DNA from: Diplonema japonicum
Taxonomy: Eukaryota > Protista > Euglenozoa: Diplonemea
Reading direction: 5' to 3'
Length of the DNA: 64,000 bases
Assembly (NCBI GenBank): GCA_964019335.1
Contig: OZ025751.1
Location: 237,279 to 301,278, forward strand
The notes under the pieces are model-generated. The model was not told the DNA's origin. It searched no databases and saw nothing but the letters and a program-made list of their open reading frames with translations. The position numbers and the translations under genes are program-made. Below, piece by piece: positions 33,090 through 46,185 of the stretch. Each line of letters starts with the position of its first letter. The stretch's first letter is position 1.

Positions 33090-35674
33090 ATGAGATCATT
33101 TCTCGTTCTAGCGTTGCTCCCGACAGCGCTGTGCGCTTGGGACGCGCAGCGTTCTGAGGAAACCCGAACCCAGCAACACGGTGCGGACATCGGGAGGAGG
33201 GCCCTCCGTGCTGTGTCAAGGGGTGGTGCTGGGAGGCCCAGTGGGGGTGTGTATGGAAGCGCCATCCTTGCAAAGTTCCGCGAAGGTGTGGAAAGCGGTT
33301 TGTGGCACGCACCCCATGAGGTGTTGGAGGAGATTGCCGACGACAGCCTGAAGGTAGACCCCCTCTTCTCTTCGCAGGTGGGGATCGATATTGCTGTGTC
33401 GCTACTTGCAATGCTCGCCACCATGTCAGCTGCTGCGTCGGGTATCGGTGGAGGGGGTCTCCTTGTCCCCATCTACTTGCTTGTGATGGGATGGCATATT
33501 TCCCTTGCTGTCCCCCTCTCCAACGCCACTATCTTTGGTAATGCCATCGCCAACATTATGATCAACTTCCCTCTGCGTCACCCAACGGCCGACCGTCCTC
33601 TCGTTGACTTCGACCTTGCCCTCGTCCTCATCCCGATGGAACTGTGCGGCAGTCTTGTTGGTGTCTTGCTGAACATCATCTTCCCCCAGTGGCTGACCCT
33701 CACGTGTCTGCTGATCTTGCTTTGCATCACAACGTACAGAACATACATGAAGGGTTCCGCCCAGTGGGCGAAGGAGAACGTTGAGAGGAAGAAGATTGCA
33801 AGGAGGCAGGAGGCCGACGCTGCTGCCGCCGGGGACGTAAAGACAGTGACATTAGAAGACCAGGAAGGACAGCAGGTCGAGATGCAGGTCATCAATGGTG
33901 ACAACCAGAAGAGCACGATCAGCCAAGTGGCGATGGCCATGTCGCTGAAAGGGAGCCCTGTACTGCAGTTTGCTGACAAGAGAGGTGACAAGCTGAAGTC
34001 ACTTGCATATGACACTGTGGACAACAACGGGGTTTACTACGTGACAGTGAGGGACCCACCCACGAGGAAGGAGCTACTTGACACCACTTTCCGCAAGACA
34101 TTCGAGAAGAACGCACCAACCGCTGAAGACCTGTCGAAACTCATCATCCTGGACCCTGTGCAGACACCTTCGCATTCCTCCAGCAGGAAGTACGCTGGCT
34201 CTTCGCAGCCTTACGACTCTTGGTCCACCGAGCAGGTGATCTCATGGCTGCAGGCAGTCACCGATGACAACCAAGCCCTCTGCTACAACGTGGAAAAGAA
34301 CATGCTGACAGGCACTGACCTCGCTGTCATGACTGCCGATGTCGGCCTTGCACACCAGGAGTTTATAAACCTTGGTGTGTCTGTGGAGTCTGACAGGGAG
34401 CTGCTGATCCTTCATGTGAAGACTCTTGCTGACCAGGACTTCATGCTTCTTGTGTACACTGCTGAGGAGGTCCCTTGGGCATCGTGGAACAGGTCCCCTG
34501 ACTACAAAACAGAGGGCATGAGCGAGGAGCTTGATCTGGACGGCTGGATGGAAGACGATCCGAACCACCCAAAGGTATGAAGACAAGGCGTATAAGACAC
34601 TTTGCAGAACTTGGAGGGCACCTACCTCTCCTCGCAGTCATACGTGAACGTGCACAAGTGGTCTGTTGAGACGGTGCTGCTGTGGGTGGACAAGATCTCC
34701 GACTACAACTACCAGCTGAAGCAGCAGATCATGAAGAACGACATCGACGGGCGCACGTTGCTGGAGCTGAGGGCAGACGACCTTGTGGCCCTTGGGGTAC
34801 CCCAGCTGGGACCCAGGCTTTCCTTCATCGAGAGGGTGCGCGAACTGAGCTCTTTGGGTAAGGTGCATGAAAACATTGTCGAGTCTGAGAGGCACATTCC
34901 GTACACCACAAACCTGTTGGTTCTGTTTGCGTCGTGGGTCATGCTTCTTGTGCTGGCCATCCTAAAGGGCGGTGGCAAGAAGGGTGGACAGTCCCCTGTT
35001 GCAACATGGGAGGGCAAGACGCAGGAGGAGTTCTGCAACACTCCGAGTTTCTGGGTGTTGTGGTGGATTGGGTATGCGAATCAAGCCCCAGTCAAGGGGG
35101 GGAGAAAAAAAATAATAATAAAAAAAATAGCGTACCTGTGTTGGTTGTGGTGACATATCTGGCGGGGAATTATCTGGTGAACAAGCATGAGAAGAAGCTG
35201 TTGACGCACTTCGAGTTCCACGAGGGAGACATCAGGTGGACGAGGAAGAGGGTGAGGATCTATCCTGCGTTCGTGATCGGAGCAGGGGTGCTGGCAGGGT
35301 TGCTCGGTGTGGGGGGTGCGATGGTGACAGGCCCCCTCATGCTCGAGATGAACATGATCCCCAGGGTGTCGACGGCCACGTCATCCTTCCTCATCATCTT
35401 CACGACTGGGGTTGCAGCCATTGCCTACATCTCCCTTGGGACGCTGAAGATCGACTATGGTATCTGGTTCGCATGCATCGGGGCCACAGGGGCGACCCTC
35501 GGGCTCAGGATCATCAACCTGCTGTTGAAGAAATACAACAGGCAGTCCATGGTGATCTGGTCCCTCACCCTTGTCTTCCTCCTTGCCATCGTCGGCACCA
35601 TCGTGGCCGGCATCATCCGTACCATGGATGCCATCGACAAGGGGACCACCGGGTTCAACGGGATTTGTGGGTGA
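33090..35674 (+). CDS. TauE/SafE-SAM transporter, copy 2; exons 33090-34574, 34608-35071, 35131-35674 (830 aa)
   Basis: Near-identical to copy 1. Two GTATG..AG inserts (34575-34607, 35072-35130), absent from copy 1, restore the frame when removed. Confidence 0.88.
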
Positions 35675-36282
35675 GAGGTGAGAACAAACAAGGAAAAAAA
35701 ATAATGAGAAAAAAAAAAGAGGAAGCCCCTCCCCTTTATTTTCTCAACCGCTCCAATAAAATCAATTCTTCTGTCACAAGGAAGAGAAGGTCAAGGAATT
35801 AAAATATTTAGATTTTACGTAATCGTTTTTAAAAGAAAAAGAAAAAAAGAGAAGAGTATAAAAGTAGAAAGGGAAGCTTTACCAATATCAATCTCCCATA
35901 TTTTTTTAGTCCCCCTTTGCCATTCTCTTGTAAGGCCCGACTGTGTCCCCTCCGAGTGACGAGCATGTTTCCTGTGCTTGCAACAGGTGATTTAGCTTTT
36001 GGATTTTACATTTTTATTTTAAGGCCGCTCCCGTATTCAAGTGAAGAAGATCGGAAGAAATATCTTTCTTGTCGTCAAGAAAGGGTTTCGGGTGATGTTG
36101 AGAAAGAAAAGAAGAAAAAAAAAGGGGGAGGGGGTGGAACGAAAAATCAAGATCCAAACCACACCCCCCCCCCTCCCTCCCTCTCCATCACATGTTTTCC
36201 CCATAACGATCAATGCACCCCCCTTTTTTTTGCTATTTGTATTATTCTTCTTCCTGACCACAACAGGTGTAAGCTCTGAAAT

Positions 36283-39200
36283 ATGTCGGGACTTCCGGAT
36301 CTTTCGTTACTCTGGGGTGGTGGTGCTCAGACGGAACCAGATCCCACCAGCACCCCAGCTCATGTGCAGGCCCCTCCTGCTCATGCGGTAGCAGACGCAA
36401 CGCTCGACTACTTCCATCAGATGGAAAGCAGAGCAACGCCCAACCACCACCATCAGACGGAACAGAGGGATGCAGTTTCTTCTACAACAGCCAACTCGAG
36501 ACCGAAGCGATTGTATCGACTCGCTAAGAACACCGTAAAAAGCGGAAAGCGGGCTCATAAAAAAAAACAGGACGCCCCCGTGGTCGCAGCTGAAGAGGAG
36601 GATGATATTCTGGGAATTGTTATAAAGGCCGACGGCACTGCGAAAGAGGGAAAGAAGAAAGGACTCCTTTCTTATATTTATTCCGGTTCGGTTGTTTTCA
36701 CTGTGGAAGCCACGGTGAGTAAAACGGACACCTTCCACCGTTTGATGAACCACGAGAAGTTCAAGCGTAACTTAAAGAAGGCCCTTGAACTTGCAAAGCC
36801 TCAGCCAGGGGACTGGCATCTTCAAGAGATGATCAGCAAGGCTAAATTGACGTGTGCTGAGGTGTGCGAGCTGTTGGACAGTCTTCAAGTCAGCACGAAG
36901 TCCCACAGAAATTTGCCTTCGACTGCATCACACTGCAGCCGTATGCAGATGCAGATGCAGGTGGCGATGCAGATGAGGATGAAGGTAGTGATGCAGATGC
37001 AGATGCAGGTAGAGATGCAGATGTGGGTGGCGATGCAGATGAGGATAAAGGTAGCGATGCAGGTGCAGATGCAGATGCAGGTGCAGGTAGAGATGCAGAT
37101 GCAGATGCAGATGCAGATGCAGGTAGAGATGCAGATGCAGATGCAGGTGGCGATGCAGATGAGGATAAAGGTAGCGATGCAGATGCAGGTGCAGGTAGAG
37201 ATGCAGATGCAGATGCAGATGCAGGTAGCGATGCAGATGAGGATACGACGTGCTTGTCGGCAGTGCAGGTTGTAGAGGACATGAGGGCACAGCGCGTTGT
37301 CGAAGTGTGCCGCCTTGTGATGCAGCATGCCAAGAAGAGCTTCTCCCTGCCTGACACGATTGAGTTTGAGAAGCTCAACGTGCCGCAGTCAAGTGTTGCC
37401 AACGCTGACGCGATCCTGCAGGAAACGATGACGTTTTTCAAAGGTACGGATGCATCAACAGAGACTTACACGCTGTTTCAAAAAACGCGCTTTGTGCAGT
37501 ACGTGGCTATGATGCTTGAGCAGACGAAGGTGTTAGAAACCGGCGAGGATCAGAGCAGTGCTAATGCTAGTGATACGTACGTGTATCAAACTGTCCTGGC
37601 ACAGGCCCTTTGGAGGTTTGCTGCGGTGTGCAGCGTGTGCGGTCCTGCAATGCGGTTCGTGGTGAATTCTGTGGACACTGGTTCTGGGACAGCCGATCTC
37701 GCAAAGCGGTACGAGGAAGAGACGCCCGACATGATTGACAGCAGGACCCTGATGGTGCCTCACAAGCTCCGCAGTAACTTTGACATCGTGTCCATGGACG
37801 ACGCCAGGTGTGGTCGCGCGGGAAGGTACGGGAAGCAAGATGCCTTGTTGCGATTGTTGCCGCTTCCGACCCCGGCCGCGAAGAAAGTCTTCGACATTAA
37901 TAAGCCTTTCCTCCTGCAACAAGCCACCCTTCGTAACAGTGCATTATTTGAGCCGTGTCACGGAGTGCGAGAGTTGACGCAGATGCTGCAATGTGAAAAG
38001 GGACTGGAGAAATTGATGGAGTGGGTGGGCAGGATCCCTGATAGTGCGGCGATCACGTCGTTTCTAGAAGATGCGAAGGAACGACGGGCGCATTTGATAA
38101 CAGCCCATGGCCTGTTCAAGATGCTGCAAGTGCATTTGATGCTGGAAGCTGGGTTGCCTGTGTGTGTGATGGGTGACTCGGGGACCGGGAAGACGTGTGC
38201 AATGCAGTTTCTCTCCCTGCTGCGGGGTGTGCCACTTGTTGTGATCAACGTGCATGGCGAAACCCGACCGGAGGATATCAAAAAACTGTTGCGTCCCCTA
38301 ATCAAATCTGCAAAGCAAGGTGGGCGCGGGCTTGCGATGCTAGATGAAGGGAACGCGTCCCCGTTCTTGTGCTTGAAGTCGCTAATGTGCGATAGGATGT
38401 TATGCGAGGAACGGCTGCCGGATGCCTTGCAGTTGCTGTGCATGGTGAACCCCGAGCGCTTCAAGTCTGAGCTCATGAACACGATCGACTCTGAAGGGTT
38501 ACCGGAGGTGGCAAAATCGACTGCGTTGGTGAAGATGTACTCTGTTTTCAGGCCAAGTGAGTCAACGTTGATAAACATGGTACAGTGGCCGCACCCTTGC
38601 AAGTGCACCGTCAGCCTGGAGCAGGCGCAAGAATCAGTGGGCAACAGGTCAAACCTAGGTCTCGCAACGCTGCAGAAAGTTACGGACGAAACACTGATGA
38701 TCGAGAGTGCCGTGCACAATGTTTTGGCCAGCGATGCGTTCAGGCACGTGTCAACAGGAAAGGCAACTGCTACAGTAAAAGAGGACAATTTCCTCCTAAC
38801 ACTTATCGTGGGTCTCATGATTTGCAGCCAGGATTTCTTCAGGAAGCTGTATGAGTGTGACAGTGCAGTCTCCCTGCGTGCAATCCATCGTGTGTGTGAT
38901 TGTTTCATGTGGACTATGAAACTCCTCCACGAGCATCCCGATGCAATACTACTACGCAACGGAGACAGGGTGGCCGTGAGGTACGGCATCAGCGTGGCTT
39001 TCGTAGCGACCTATGCGACGAGGCTGACACTCGAGAGACGAGAGCACTACTACAGAGCGATAGCTGGGACGTGGGAGCGGATTGTTACTGATATGCAGGC
39101 GCCTGATATAAAGGAAAAGAGAGAGCCATTCCATGTGGTAGGGTTGTCTGAACCAGCGGATATCGGGCAGAACTTTGCAGAGATTGCCAGATGGTTTGCC

Positions 39201-42200
39201 GACAAGCTCATGATTGAAACAGAGGAAAAAATTGTGAAAACCTCTGCGTTCAACGAGAACGTGTTCATGATTTTCATGGCCATCGATCTCTCCATAGTGC
39301 TGAATGTGGTGGGGATGCCGGGGACGAGCAAGTCCCTAGCACTCGACAGGCTGATTGTTGCAACGCAGAACCCCCGCTTCCTTCGGGGGCAGCACCCGAA
39401 GATCATCAAGTGCTGCATGCAGTGCAGCAGAGAGACCACATCCGAGGGGATCAAGGAGTTTGCGGAGAACGCAGCACGACTGCAGCTGGACACAGAGAAG
39501 CAGACCAGAGAAGACAGGGTTGTACTGGTGTTCGAGGAGTTGGCGCTTGCGGAGGGCTCCTTGATGAAGCTGCACGAACTGGTGGACCGTGGTGTGACTG
39601 TGAAGGGTGAAGACGGGAAAATTCGAATTGTGAAATTGCCTATCGTCGGGCTATCCAACAAACGGCTTGATGCAGCGAAGATGGACCGTGGCTTCGTAGT
39701 TCTTAGGGGAACGCCTACCAACGATGACATCATACAAACTCTGAGTGAGCTGTGCACAGGTTGGACAGACTTGAGCCTCAGCATGAAGACGGCGATTGAA
39801 ACACCGGCAAAAAATGCTGCAAAGAACTTCGCGGGGAAGGTTCTGCGACGGGATCAGCCGGAGATTTCACTGCAGGAGGAGTTGGGGTCCCTCCGCCGGA
39901 TCTTCGGGATGCGTGACTTGTTTGCGATGATCGCCTTTATCCGTGACCGGCTCACGACGCCGTACTCACCAATTCTCCCTACTGTTGGTTCTCACTTGGC
40001 AAGATGGGCTGTTGTTTCTAACTTAAGCGGTTTCCCTGACCAGCAGAAGCAGAATGAGTTAGTGGCCGACATGTCTGCGGCGTGGTGCAGCGAGGACAGC
40101 ACAACCGCCACACAACGCGCAGCATGGAAGCTCAAGTCAGACGAGAGCGTCCTCATGTGCGACGTTTGCGTACATGGATTCCTAAACGAAGAATTACTAA
40201 AGTCAAGCCACAGGGACCCTGCTGAGTGGGGCAGTTTGCTGAAAGGGAAGCTCCGTGAGTTGTTCTCCCCGTGCGACGAGGTAAGCTCTAATTGCACTGC
40301 TCTACCTAAGAATTCACCACCGTCGGTGTCGCAGCTTCTCGCCTGCGGCTTGGGGGACACGGATGGGCGCAACACAATGATTCTCTCGAAAGGCGGGCAA
40401 GGGCTATCCCTTCTGCTTGGACTGGGCTTGCTGCAAACAGGAAGCTACGAAGTTATATTCGGGCCAGATGGGGGTCTCAGTGATGTGCAGTCTGTCGCAC
40501 AGGTTGTGGACGGGCTGGAGATCGTAAAGCACTGCATGAGACATGGGAAGTTCGTCATCCTTGTGAACTTCCGTTCTTTGTACGAGTCGCTGTACGATCT
40601 GCTGAACAAGAGGTACTTGTCTGACCAGACTGGTGTATACGCACGCATCGGCTATGGTTCCCAGACGATAAACTGCCGAGTCAAGGAGGGGTTCCACCTC
40701 CTCCTCATGGAGGACCAAGACAGGGTGATGGAATTGGACCCCCCTCTGCTGAACCGTTTGAGGAAGCTGGTTTTGAACTGCGACGTGTGCTTGGACTCTG
40801 GCCGCAAACGAGTGTTGGAGAACCTGCGAGAAGCTTTCACCGTCACTTACCGCGGCGACAGGTATTTCCTCCTTCAGCATTTTTTGAAGTCGTGCGGAGA
40901 GCAGACTCTCGAGTCGCTTGTTCTGCACTGTGAGGGTTGCGACACCAGTACTGCAGCTGCCGTGACGCAGATTGTGAACGCCAGCGGGCCGTTGGAAGTG
41001 CTGGTCATGAAGCAAAACTTGATGGAAGTGGCTGAACAGAATTCGGATCTGTCAAACTTATACAACGGTTTCGATGTACTAGATCACATCTGCCTTTCGA
41101 GCGCTGTTGAAGCCGTCTTACAGCCTGACAACAGCCTGCGCATGATAGCTCTGGTTGCCGAGTCACCTGCGCACTGGAACACCGACAGCTCAGGAAAAGA
41201 TACCGCGCTTTGCACACTGACAGGGACAGTAACTGTGTACAGCATTGAGCAGTTCAGCAGCTTGAAGGGATTTGAAAAGGCATGCACCGAGTTCAAGAAC
41301 AGTGAGGGAGACAAGGCATGCATGGTGCTGAAGATACCTTCCCTGAAAGATATGCAAACCCGTCTCGCGCGGATGGTACACCAGATCGACACAATCCTAG
41401 GGGAGGTCTCAAATGAACGCCATGTGATCTTCTTGATTCACCCCACGACACACTACCCACTTGCCTTCTTTAGGGGTTGGTCAACCTTCTCCATCGATAA
41501 GGTGACAACACCGCAGGGCAACGAAGTGTCGCTGGAGGACTCTTTGTGTCATTGGGAAGATGTCATCACTGTGCCCGTCATCAAAGACATGCTTGCTGTT
41601 GGTGAGCCTTTGAAAACCTTGTGCGCATTACTCCGTTATCGAGCAGCGGCGGGGTGCCCTTCCAGAACCAGGCCCGAGTTGGTGAAACTGCTGGGAGACA
41701 GCAGGGACAGCGTGTGGATGGACCGAATCAGGAGCGAGCTGCTCGAGCGAGATGAGCTGGCAGGTGAACGATGGGTGTCCCTTGCGCTCGTGGGGCACAT
41801 GAAGGGCGGTAGCGTTGCAGCGACGTTGCAGAAGTTCGTCCAAGAGGTGTGCTTGAGCGTACTGAAGCAGCTGATGCCTGTTATCGATGTGAACATGAAC
41901 TTGAGTTTGCTGGAAAAGGAGGGCTACTCTGAAATGTGGATGGATCTCTTCAGATCGACGGGTTGGGCAACGGCCGCAGATACGTCGATAGAGGTCCCTT
42001 GTCTGTTCGAAGCTGCGTTCCCCTTTAGCGACTTTGTAGTCAGCAGGCTGACGAACATTTGGAAACATGCAGGCAAAGTGGAGTTCGCACAGGCACTGGA
42101 CTCGGACGAAGAAGGGGGGCAGTCTCTGACTTGCGTCACGTCGTTGACACCGTCACAGCTTTGCGACCTGTGTCGTGACTGGTCCCTCCTCTTGTACAAC

Positions 42201-45200
42201 AAGGAGAAGGGCGTGCCTTGTCCTCAGGCCTGTGCGGAGGTGGCGTTGTCTTTATACAAACAACAAGCAACCGACAACATCACGAACCTGGTTGACTTCA
42301 TGCACACGACGAGCAGTCTGATTCTTGCAGCGATGCAGCTCATGTTTTTGTGCCTTCCTCGAATCAGCAAAGCTGTGTCCTGCTCCGCCCTTCTCGAGAG
42401 CGCTGTGACCAACTTCAGCGGAGGGCGTGTTGACACGAAGCTGGACCGTGCAGCCAGAGAGCTCTACAGCATGATGATTGCGCAAGGTGATGACACAGCA
42501 GGGCGTGTTTGGAAGGATTATGTCGAGCAGCAAGCAATCCTCAAGGCTTGCGGTGACAACCCTCCAGAAGCCCTGTTGCCTTCTGCAAAGCGCAATGCTG
42601 TTGACGTGGCGGCAGCCCTCCGTCACATCGGTGACGTGAAACTAAGAACGGTACTGCCTTTCCTAGAGGCGTCGTTGTCAGTGGAGGTGAGTACGCTGCT
42701 TCTGCAGGACGACGGCGAACAAGAAGCCTTTGAAACAGCTACCACCCAATGCTTGCTTGGGTGCTTGCTGAGGGATTTAAAAAACCAGATGCAACCTGAG
42801 GAAATGTCCAAACCTGTGACAACCGAGAATGTAGAAAACCAGATGAAACCCGAAGAAACTGAACATGTTGACAGTGTGGACACCCACCCGATTGCGGTCG
42901 CTGTCACGAAGGCGGGCAATGTGGCAGACCTGATGTGCTACTTGTGGATTGACATGCTTCGCTGCAGCGCAATGAACCTCAACAAAATGGACGAGCTTCA
43001 AGGAAAGTTACAGGGGGAAGAGAAATACGCAGGGCAGCGTTTGCTGAGCGCGACACGTCGGGCCATTGTGGACAGGATTGTGGCAGACATGAAGACGATA
43101 TACAGCGGCGACAACAAAAACAAGGCACAACTCACGAAGAAGAGGTTTGCCAAAACGTATGAAGCCCATGAGTGGCTGCAGCACAACATTGGGTTGGAGT
43201 CCCTCTTCAGGGATATTGCGGAGTGCCTCACAGTGAACTACACGCAGCTGAACGGGATGGCCTCTTTTCTAGAGTCGGATATCGCGAACGATGTTCTGCC
43301 GAAAACTATCCTGGACAACCTTGTGCTGAGCTTCAAGAGGGCTTGCCCCTTTGATCCCTTGAGCGGGGTTGGTGGTGGTGGTGACAACGACGAGGTGAAC
43401 CGGCTCATTGGGGAGTTCACAAAAGAGGGACACAATGCTGCGTTTGCACGTGAATGCGCTTCTCGCATGGGGATCGACAAGTGTCCAGATTTTAGCATGA
43501 AAGAACACCTGTTGCTTTGTCATTTGCTCTGTGCTGCTTCAGAAAACGGGAGCCCGTGGCTGCAGATCGTGAACAGGGGGAAGAGTTACGACTTACTCAC
43601 GACAGGCTTCCTCGTGGGGTCATCTGAAGGTGCCTGCTTTGAGGGACTCGAAGTGTTGTGCATCCCGGGCAAGGCAACATCGACGCACGCATATGTTTGC
43701 AAGAATGGCCATGTCTTCACAACTGATAGGTGTCCTAACATAGAAGGACTCGGCACGTGCCAGTTCTACAACTGTGGTGTGCCCATTGGCCGCGAGTTAT
43801 CAGGCAGGTTGGCAGACGGGACTGCACGGCTTGCAACTGCGCCGCAGGTTTTGGAAGCATGGCGCGCAGGGGATTTTGAAAAGTTCGGAAAAAAAGAGCC
43901 TGTTGAACACGGTTATGTGCCTCACAGCAACGACCAAGCAAACCACCACGAGCTGAGGGGTCTGCCTCGCAGCGTGATGAAGTGTCTGCACCTGCTTTCT
44001 TCGACGGCTGTGTTTTGGGGGATGTTCCTCAGGAGAGAAACGAAAATGCCAGCAACTAAGACGCGTCCACAGGTGGAGGCGTCTGAGGTGCTTGGGGAGA
44101 TCCACACGACACTTGGTGAGCTTAAGACTCTGTGCTTCCCCGATGCGGTCGACAATTCGGGTGTGCTAAATATGCTCCACAAGGCGGTCGACAAGCTGTC
44201 GAGCAATGAGACCGCCGCTGTTCATGCTACAACACAGCAGCGGCGCGAAGCTGAAGCAACCATGGGCCAGGTGGTTCAGCAGCTGTTTCAAGACGACGAT
44301 AATGCAAATGACGCTCTCCCTGAGTTGCTGCCTATCCACTTCAAACCAGTACCATCGCTCGACGGGCTCTGTGGGTACTGCGCCTCTGCAACAGGCGTTG
44401 CGACAAGCGTTCCACAGCTTTCCGTCGTGTTGGGACATTACGAAGAGTTCGCGAACGCCGCACGACAGCTTCCGCCATTCTTGAAACTTCTGGACCGACT
44501 GGGGAAAGACTGCTTGCGTAGCAAGATAAGCCAAAAGCAAGCAGAGAAAACTTCTTTGCGTGACCACATAAACGGAAAGAACGAAGAAGAACAGAAGATG
44601 TGGTTAAGGATGTTCAAAGACTTCGAGGCAGCGGCCAACTCGGTGCAGGGCCTACGTGGATGTGTTTGTGGAGAAGTATAACATGTTCGTCGAGGCGGCA
44701 TCAGAAGCAGGCAAGCAGGGAGACCGTGTCAGCCCCTTCACGCTCCTGAGCAGCTACGTAAAGATGAACCTGGAAGAAGAGGTGCTCAAGCTTTTGCCGA
44801 CCCTCGCATGCCACGACCCAGGGCAGGCAAACTACCACGGCATCGAAGGCCTTGTGTCGCCCTTGCTCTACATGTCGTGTGGCAGTCTTGATCTGCTGAA
44901 CTCCAAGCCCGCCGACTTCTCGTTCCTCGAAACACGTCAGTCTGTTGCACTGCGCGAGTTGAAGTATGTCGTTCCGCAGACCTACGCTTACGACCTGAGG
45001 CCGGAGGTGGTGAGGTTGGCAGCAGCTGTGAAGAATCCGCAACTCTACTTTAACATACTCCTGGTGGCAACCCTGATCGCAGAAGAGGAGGGCATCAAGG
45101 TTGACACCGAGCTGCTGACTGTCTTGCCGCGCGCAGTGCGCGACGTGGTTCTTGCAGACGAAGCGCGTGCCTTGTTCGAGAGTACGGAGCTCAGCAAGAG

Positions 45201-46185
45201 GATCCGGGTAAGCGAGCTTACAGGTGTGATGGTGCTGCTGTGGAAGAACATGTTCCAACGCAACCAGAAGACTATGGATGCAGTGTACAAGGAGACGCCG
45301 ACGGCGGAGGAAGAGCAGATGCTCAAGGTGTGCCTCACAGAGATGTCACTCGAGAACGCAAGAAAGATAGAACACGCCCTAGTGCTCGCAGCAGTGAACA
45401 AGCTTCACTCAAAAGGCTTGCAAGAAGTTCCTTTTAACTTGTTTTTAGACATGTTCTTAGAGGAAAAGGACGAAGATCTCGTGGGGGATTTGGGGTCCCT
45501 TCAAGCACGTGTGGCCCAAAGCGTGTTGTGGGGGGTCATGGCAAAGTGTAGTGCTGCCAGCGGTAGGCACCGTCTGCAGTCGCGGAGCCACTGCGTCACA
45601 GCAAGGGACGTGGCGAAGTTGAAGATGCACACACCATCGGTACCAGCGATCCCGTTGGTGCCAAACCAACCTGTGACAGAAGTAGAGGAAGATGAAGATG
45701 AAGATGAAGATGAAGAAGAAGACCCCAGCAGTGAGGACGAGGGAAAATACGAAGGGCCGGACACCATGCCCGTGACAAGGGGCGCAAATGTTGACCTGGC
45801 TGTGAGCATGATCAACCGCGTTGCGGGCAGGCACGGGCTGCGTGTCGATGCAAAGCAATCGAAGGAGTGCGACTACAACTTATGGCGATTGTGGCATCTC
45901 CTGTTCCCCGAGCCTGAGACCAACACCCAGACACGTGAGGCCGTTATGAAGGAACTGAAGGAGGGGACCTACTATAGTAGCAGCGAAACGCCACACGAGT
46001 GGGTGAAACAGCTTTTGGAATGGGTTCCCGATCAAAGGGCCATAGAAGCAGCAGAAAAGTTGAAGATTAACATTCCTGTGCTTGATCCTGATCAGAAAGA
46101 GGTAGAGGAATGTGTGCCCAAGCCCCGTCTGGCCTACCACCCCCATGACCGATGCAGATTCTACGTGTTGGTTGATAAAGAGTGA
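36283..46185 (+). CDS. Giant RNF213/mysterin-like AAA+ ATPase with an RZ-finger-like motif; intron 36862-36908; unresolved frame break near 44600-44680
   Basis: GDSGTGKT (38172) with LDEGN; VVGMPGTSKSLA (39312), VLVFEELALAE, VGLSNKRLDAAKMDRG, LYESLYDLLNKRY and PPLLNRLRK parallel the RNF213 AAA motifs. YVCKNGH...C...C...CGVPIG (~43689-43790) is RZ-like. Removing GTGTG...CCCACAG joins ORF 36283 to ORF 36864. Confidence 0.8.
36944..37245 (+). repeat. Coding (GATGCA)n minisatellite with higher-order units, encoding an Asp/Ala-rich linker
   Basis: gcagatgcagat... array. Reads DADADAGGDADEDKGS in the RNF213-like frame. Confidence 0.9.

Noticed and set aside
33090-35674. TauE copy 2 as a frameshifted pseudogene
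   Set aside because: Both breaks are bounded by GTATG...AG, and removing them gives an 830-aa protein co-linear with copy 1.
36944-37245. CRISPR-like array
   Set aside because: Hexamer-based coding minisatellite with no unique spacers, in a eukaryotic context.
36944-37275. Poly-(Met-Gln) protein from ORF 36283-37275
   Set aside because: This is an alternative frame of the GATGCA repeat. The intron at 36862-36908 moves the gene into the Asp/Ala frame, which continues for about 2,590 codons.
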